Source: Deltaproteobacteria bacterium
GTDB lineage: Bacteria; Desulfobacterota; Desulfomonilia; UBA1062
NCBI GenBank assembly: GCA_018433085.1
Contig: JAHDRW010000012.1
Location: 20,606-84,605, forward strand
Direction: 5' to 3'
Length of the DNA: 64,000 nt
Every line of letters begins with the position of its first letter. Position 1 is the stretch's first letter. A program made the translations under genes and the position numbers. The notes below the pieces were generated by a model. It was not told the DNA's origin. It saw nothing but the letters and a program-made list of their open reading frames with translations, and did not search any database. Positions 59,069 to 64,000 of this stretch are shown here, piece after piece.

Positions 59069-61075
59069 TCAGTACGGCAGATTGTACTTCACCATCTTCC
59101 GGTATAACGTGTTCCGGGAGATATTCAGATGACTGGCTATCTTTGACTTGGATATATTTGATTGTATCAGATCGCAGATGATTTTCTTTTCCATGTCCTC
59201 CAGTGTCGGGTAGTTCTCGAAAACAGGTTCCTTCTGTTCCACCGCCGCGCATGCGGCCCGCTGCTCGGACCCGGAATGGATTATCTCCTGAGGAATATCA
59301 TCACTCGTGATGGTTTCTCCTTCGGCTATGTTATACGACCTCTCCAGTATGTTCTGAAGCTCTCGTACGTTCCCGGGCCAGGGATATCTCTCGAGCATTT
59401 CCAGAACGTTTTTGTCGACCTTTGTTATCCCCCTGTTGTTACATTTATTCAATTTCTTCAGAATATTGATGACCAGAAGGGGTATGTCTTCGGTCCTTTC
59501 CCGCAGAGGAAAAAGCTCGATGGAAAAGACGTTCAGGCGATAGTAAAGATCTTCCCGGAAATTTCTCTTGAGGATCTCTTCTTTCAGGTCTTTATTTGTC
59601 GCTGCGATTATCTTGACATCGACAGGAATGATGTTTTTCCCGCCGATCCTCATGATCTCCTTGTTCTCGATGACCCTTAGCAGAATCGACTGCAGTTCGA
59701 GCGGCATTTCTCCGATTTCGTCCAGGAATATCGTGCCACCGTCGGCAAGCTCGAACTTGCCGGGATTCCCGCCCCTGACCGATCCGGTAAACGCCCCCTC
59801 GGCATACCCGAAAAGCTCGCTCGCGATAAGCTCCCGGGGTATCGCAGAGCAGTTGATGGCCACGAAGGGCTTGCCGGACCGCATGCCCTCGTTGTGGATC
59901 GCCTGGGCAAAAATATCTTTGCCGGTACCGCTCTCTCCAAAGAGCAGCACGTTTGAATCGGTCTTCGATGCGATCTTGGCGATTTCTATCAGTTTCAAAA
60001 ATCTAGGATTGCGTGATACAATATGAGAAAAGGTGAATTTTGCTTTGGCCCCGATCATATCCGCCACCAGTTTCTTGGCTCTCTTTATCTCACTGAAGAT
60101 GATCACCTTTCCGTAGATTTCGTTATTGCACGTCTTGATTGTCTGGGTGGTTAACATATAATTCGCCCACCTGCTGTTTATGAACAGCGGGACCTGCTTG
60201 TCGATGACGTTCGTCCCGTTCATCAGATAGGGAAACAGCTTTTCGTTTTCGCTCCCCAGGAACTCCTTGATGTTACGCCCCACGATATCCTCTTCTACCT
60301 GGAACATGCTCCGGGCGTTTTCATTGGTGAAGATGATATCTCCCTGGTTGTCGACTGCAACAAGTGCCTCGGGAATGGAGCAGATCACGGCGTTCTTTAG
60401 GTTCTCGGCGATCTGGGTCTCGCGATAGGCCTTCTGGATCTGCAGGTTCTTTTCGATTGCATTCGCTGCGGCAACGACCATCCCCAGGGTGTGGGAATGT
60501 GCATTGGGACAGGGACATACCATGTTCAGCACCCCCAGGATGTTCCCCTCATAGTCGTGAATGGGAGCCGAGGAACAGGTATATTTGTGGAACATCAGGC
60601 AGTAGTGCTCGCTGCCGAATATCTGCACGGGCTTGTCCAATCGGATCACCGCGCCCACCCCGTTCGTGCCGATATATTTTTCCTGCATGCAGGCCCCGGG
60701 GCGATAGTTCCAGGAAGAGAGCGTTTCCATGACCTCGGGATTGCCGAGGGTGAAAATCAGGGTGCCCTCCGAATCCGACAGGGAGCAGATATACCTCGAG
60801 CCGAACCCGGCCGTTATTACGAAATTATACAAGTTCTCCAGAAAAGGATAGCTGGTCTTTATGAGATGATCGTGCTTTTCCTGGACCTTTCGCAACTCAT
60901 CCTCAGACAGGATCTGCGGTATTTCGCTGAGGTAGGGATCGATGCCCCGTTTCCTCGCTTCTTCCCAGGATGCCAGAACATGCCCGTGAATGACCTTTTT
61001 ATTCACCAGGTTGCCAGAGACAAAATTCTCCCACTCCTTGAGCATCGCTTCATACTTGTCTTTGATTTTGCTCAT
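59069..61075 (-). CDS. Sigma-54-dependent transcriptional activator (bacterial enhancer-binding protein) with N-terminal GAF/PAS sensory region, AcoR/PrpR-like
   Basis: GESGTGKDIFAQAIH (Walker A), GAFTGS (the GAFTGA sigma-54 contact motif), DGGTIFLDEIGEM (Walker B), the arginine-finger region and a C-terminal Fis-type HTH (ISRNTLYRKM). About 670 aa from MSKIKDK with aaggagcag RBS. Confidence 0.9.
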   Translation of the reverse strand: MSKIKDKYEAMLKEWENFVSGNLVNKKVIHGHVLASWEEARKRGIDPYLSEIPQILSEDELRKVQEKHDHLIKTSYPFLENLYNFVITAGFGSRYICSLSDSEGTLIFTLGNPEVMETLSSWNYRPGACMQEKYIGTNGVGAVIRLDKPVQIFGSEHYCLMFHKYTCSSAPIHDYEGNILGVLNMVCPCPNAHSHTLGMVVAAANAIEKNLQIQKAYRETQIAENLKNAVICSIPEALVAVDNQGDIIFTNENARSMFQVEEDIVGRNIKEFLGSENEKLFPYLMNGTNVIDKQVPLFINSRWANYMLTTQTIKTCNNEIYGKVIIFSEIKRAKKLVADMIGAKAKFTFSHIVSRNPRFLKLIEIAKIASKTDSNVLLFGESGTGKDIFAQAIHNEGMRSGKPFVAINCSAIPRELIASELFGYAEGAFTGSVRGGNPGKFELADGGTIFLDEIGEMPLELQSILLRVIENKEIMRIGGKNIIPVDVKIIAATNKDLKEEILKRNFREDLYYRLNVFSIELFPLRERTEDIPLLVINILKKLNKCNNRGITKVDKNVLEMLERYPWPGNVRELQNILERSYNIAEGETITSDDIPQEIIHSGSEQRAACAAVEQKEPVFENYPTLEDMEKKIICDLIQSNISKSKIASHLNISRNTLYRKMVKYNLPY

Positions 61076-62072
61076 AGCTGCTCCTTCGATAGGCATTATT
61101 ATGTCGGCAAGCCATCTCCCTTTCCCGTGATCGGGGACCGCGGGAATAGAGCTGGTCAAAACCGGTCCGGATGTGCTCGCGCCGGTTGACGCCACCGTCC
61201 GGTACATGATGTACAGAAATTTCACGGTCTCCCGGCAGATGGTCACCTGCATGGCGAGAACCCTTGAGAGTCAGTACAGAAAGGTCTCCACCCTCTTGGA
61301 TGTACGGGATGAGCGTCAATACAGAAAGATCGCCGAACGGCCCGGAACATGCGGAGAAAAGGCCGCATCCAGGCGCTTCTCCTCCTGTTTTCCGGGGGCG
61401 AATCATGACGTGCGTGTGATCGTGCCGAGAAAGAAACTCCCTGTCACCCGCAGGCATGCGTTCCGCAACAAGGCAGCTTTGTTCGTGAACGTGCCGGAAG
61501 CAAGACTGCATCATTCGAGAAGCTTCCTCCTTCTCTGGGTGCTTACCTATTCAAGAATTCACAGGTGTCCGCCGGTACAAAACTGGTTTGCCATTCTGCT
61601 TACCGTGAGCCCTCCCCCCTCTCACGCGTATTCAGGGAAGACACTCACTACAGTGTCTCAACATAAAACAATTGACGATATTGATTAATAGATCATGTTT
61701 GACCAGCATTTGCAAGAGACAAATACCGTTGCAGGGGCAACCCTGCTCCCGGGAACACCCTTGCACGCCATAGCAATGAGGACCAGGCGGCGACGATTCT
61801 TCCGTGGTCTGGCCCGCGTATCGTTCCGAGGAGTCATCAGGGCAGCACCGGACACAGACTGCAAGATACCTGGTACAATATGAAACGTAGTGTATTGTTA
61901 TGAAACAATCCCTCAGACCACCCGCTCGGGACGGTAGAGGATCTTTTATTTCATAAGGTTTTGTTATTTCACCATATTTAAAATTGTTCCCCGAATTGGT
62001 TCGGTCCTTGCTAAATAAAGGGCAATCAGGAAAACCTGACTCTCACTCCCATAAAGTGAGAACCCTCCTCTT

Positions 62073-62106
62073 ACGCTGGTGGCCGTAACCGGCCACCAGA
62101 TTTTTT
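62073..62106 (+). terminator. Intrinsic terminator (perfect 10-bp stem CTGGTGGCCG-taac-CGGCCACCAG followed by T6)
   Basis: Seen directly in the sequence. It has no protein-coding gene upstream on the + strand and is preceded by a C/U-rich stretch ccctcctct. Confidence 0.7.
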
Positions 62107-62176
62107 CCTGATGGTGCGCCATTTGCTGGAAAAGAAGAGAACGCACACTCATTCATATCTTGATACTTCCTCAAGG

Positions 62177-62216
62177 GCCGGTACGCACCGATCATGCGCG
62201 TACCGGCATTTTTTTC
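62177..62216 (+). terminator. Second intrinsic terminator (GCCGGTACGCG stem, T7 tail)
   Basis: Seen directly in the sequence, 100 bp after the first. Preceded by a small hairpin with a CUUCC loop. Confidence 0.7.
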
Positions 62217-62341
62217 AGCAGGGCGGGGTGACCTCAGCGGGCGATTCGGGCAGGTCATGTGATGAGTAGCCTTTAAGGGAAACCGGAAAGGGCTGAATGC
62301 CTCGGGGACTTCGCCGGTTCCGGGCTCATGGCGAACCGCTT

Positions 62342-63361
62342 CTATGCGACAAGATCCAGCTGCTGAACCGTGCCGGCCGTTCCGTCTTCCCTCAGATAGA
62401 TACCGGTGGTGCGAACCCGACCGAGGAGCTCGTTGGTGGAGCCCATGCGCACATCGAACAGGGTGGACGCCCTGCCCAGATATACGGCCCCGATCCCGTG
62501 GTCATCAAGGGTGCTCAGGGACTGAGCTCCCTGGCTGTCTACGGCCATGATCCGGAGCCGGTGGAATATTTCGTCATTCTCGTCGATCCAGGCGTTGCCG
62601 TCCGCGTCATGGGATGCAAGCTCGTCGAACCCGTTCCCCGTGGTCGGCCCGAAGAGCTCGGAACCGTTGCTGATCATCCCGTCGTTGTTCAGGTCGATGG
62701 CCAGAAACCCCCTGCCGGATACGGGTATGGGGATCTCTTCAGACATACCGTCGGCATCCAGATCGAACTCGAATTTCATGGAGGTGAGATCCGCTGCCTT
62801 GCCGTCAAGGTTGATCACCAGAGGGTCGACGGGGGCATCACCTGCCCTGATGGAAAGCATGTTCTTTTCCATGTACTCCCGGCCCATATCGAGCTCGAGC
62901 GAAAAAGCCAGTTCCTTGCCGTCCGCCGTCCGGATGATCCCCTGGGCCTGGAAGCCCACATCTTCCCTTTCACGATGTGTATGTTCGAACTCGTACTCCA
63001 ACCCCCAGCCATGCCGCTGCTCATCCTCCTGGCGAACTCCTTCGTGGTCCGTCGCCAGGTCCTGGTTCTCGACCTTCTCGATTCGAAGGAATCTGATCTC
63101 TCTGCCTGAGAGAAGCTCCGCGATGAGCTTTCTGAGGAATCCCTCCCGGCAGCTTCCTGCCGCGAGATCGTCTTCACCGTGCCCGCACCCGCATTCCTGG
63201 AACATCGACCGGGCATCGGCTGATATGGTTACCCGATCGGCCGGCCCGGTCCCTGCCGCAGACTCACGTCCTACCCACACCCGCAGGCTCTGTCTTTCTT
63301 CGTTCTCTTCCCGGTACGTCCGGGAAGACTTCATGAGCATGTCCGCATCGAGAACCTTCAT
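62342..63361 (-). CDS. Hypothetical protein with Asp-rich calcium-binding-like repeats (DxDxDG/DxNxDG)
   Basis: DLDADGMSEE, DLNNDGMISNGSE and DADGNAWIDENDE resemble EF-hand/dockerin/TSP3-type Ca-binding loops. The start is either ATG 63361 (RBS gaggtgg) or GTG 63373. Confidence 0.45.
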   Translation of the reverse strand: MKVLDADMLMKSSRTYREENEERQSLRVWVGRESAAGTGPADRVTISADARSMFQECGCGHGEDDLAAGSCREGFLRKLIAELLSGREIRFLRIEKVENQDLATDHEGVRQEDEQRHGWGLEYEFEHTHREREDVGFQAQGIIRTADGKELAFSLELDMGREYMEKNMLSIRAGDAPVDPLVINLDGKAADLTSMKFEFDLDADGMSEEIPIPVSGRGFLAIDLNNDGMISNGSELFGPTTGNGFDELASHDADGNAWIDENDEIFHRLRIMAVDSQGAQSLSTLDDHGIGAVYLGRASTLFDVRMGSTNELLGRVRTTGIYLREDGTAGTVQQLDLVA

Positions 63362-63563
63362 CCGGAAATCCACCTCATTCTTTTTTCATCGGCTCCATAC
63401 ACGGTTTGCTTGACAGCGGTCCCTGAACCCCCCGGTCAATTACCCCTTTGACGGGAAGGCTTTTTGAGTCGTTGTTCCAGCCGGTTATTTATATAGTTAT
63501 ACAAAAGTCCTTTAAGGCATGAACATCGGAGGATTCGTTCCCGCAATACCGGAGGGTAATGAA

Positions 63564-64000
63564 TGGACGTCAGGGAAAAGATCGTGAGAATTGCGGCTGT
63601 GGGTGATATCCACTGCAACGAAAGCCACCGGGACGTAGTGCATGCCCTTCTCGCCCATATCACCGAAGCCGCCGATGTGCTCCTGCTGTGCGGCGACCTG
63701 ACAGATACCGGACTCGTTGAAGAGGCGCACATTCTCGCCCGGGAGATCACCACCACGGTCAAGATTCCGGTCGTAGGGGTCCTGGGAAACCATGATTATG
63801 AATCAGGCAAGCACCTGGAGATCAGGCATATCCTGTGTGATGCAGGGGTGTCTCTCCTGGATGGAGAAACCGTGGAGGTCCACGGGATAGGTTTTGCAGG
63901 GGTGAAGGGTTTCGCGGGCGGGTTCGGCAGATATCAACTCGAGGCGTGGGGGGAGCTGGTAATCAAGGAATTCGTGCAGGAGGCAATGGATGAGGCCCTG
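63564..64000 (+). CDS. Calcineurin-like metallophosphoesterase, 5' part; continues beyond the window
   Basis: RIAAVGDIHCNESH, LLLCGDLTDTG and GVLGNHDYE are metallophosphatase motifs I-III. ggaggg RBS. Confidence 0.75.

Noticed and set aside
61173-61688. 171-aa plus-strand ORF in the region upstream of the sigma-54 activator gene
   Set aside because: No RBS or motifs. It overlaps the EBP N-terminus and promoter region and is composition-driven.
1-64000. Search for CRISPR arrays, transposases, integrases, toxin-antitoxin or restriction-modification genes
   Set aside because: There are no direct-repeat arrays, no DDE or tyrosine-recombinase motifs and no defence-gene signatures in any frame. 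The window appears to be core/metabolic chromosome rather than a mobile or defence island.

Overview
This is a high-GC (roughly 60%) chromosomal segment with no rRNA, tRNA, CRISPR array, transposase or integrase that I can support. All calls rest on reading the six-frame translations for motifs I recognise; no searches were run, so family names are inferences.

The gene content suggests an anaerobic, sigma-54-using Gram-negative organism, probably deltaproteobacterium-like. That taxonomic guess is inference.

- **Positions 1-12.5 kb, + strand, housekeeping:** FabK/NMO-like (partial), ftsY, a heptose-kinase-like sugar kinase, a DUF4416-like protein, the yicC / DUF370(RemA) / gmk block, pyrF, rsmD, coaD, an aspartate aminotransferase, an orphan fliS with a small downstream ORF, maf, glpK and mlaE.
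- **12.6-20.1 kb:** a tungsten-type aldehyde:ferredoxin oxidoreductase (AOR) with a polyferredoxin on the minus strand. Divergent from it is a TetR regulator with a perfect 13-1-13 palindromic operator, followed by a very large glycyl radical enzyme (GRE; 986 aa, with an N-terminal SCP2-like domain) and its ferredoxin-containing activase. This is the most unusual locus in the window.
- **20.3-29.1 kb:** an EEP-family nuclease/phosphatase, a thioredoxin with a zinc ribbon, an AMP-forming acyl-CoA synthetase, an ADP-forming acyl-CoA synthetase, a long acyl-CoA dehydrogenase and a frameshifted hot-dog thioesterase.
- **30-40.8 kb:** a porin, then a minus-strand acetoin/2,3-butanediol catabolic cluster (acoA, acoB, butanediol dehydrogenase, enoyl-CoA hydratase, E2, lipoyl-E3, lipB, lipA) behind a sigma-54 promoter.
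- **41.1-61.1 kb, a sigma-54 regulon on the minus strand:** a CoA ligase, two pairs of 2-hydroxyacyl-CoA-dehydratase (HAD) / benzoyl-CoA-reductase-like subunits sharing one HgdC-type ATPase activase, an enoyl-CoA hydratase, a TRAP transporter (DctPQM), a second AOR, a fused GltD-like FAD/NAD(P) oxidoreductase-ferredoxin, a Usp and a GAF/PAS sigma-54 enhancer-binding protein (EBP). Two of its promoters share a near-identical TGGTAC-N5-TTGCC element and a conserved roughly 50-bp upstream activating sequence (UAS) about 107 bp further upstream.
- **61.7-62.2 kb:** two tandem intrinsic terminators preceded by C/U-rich stretches, which look like candidate small RNAs (sRNAs).
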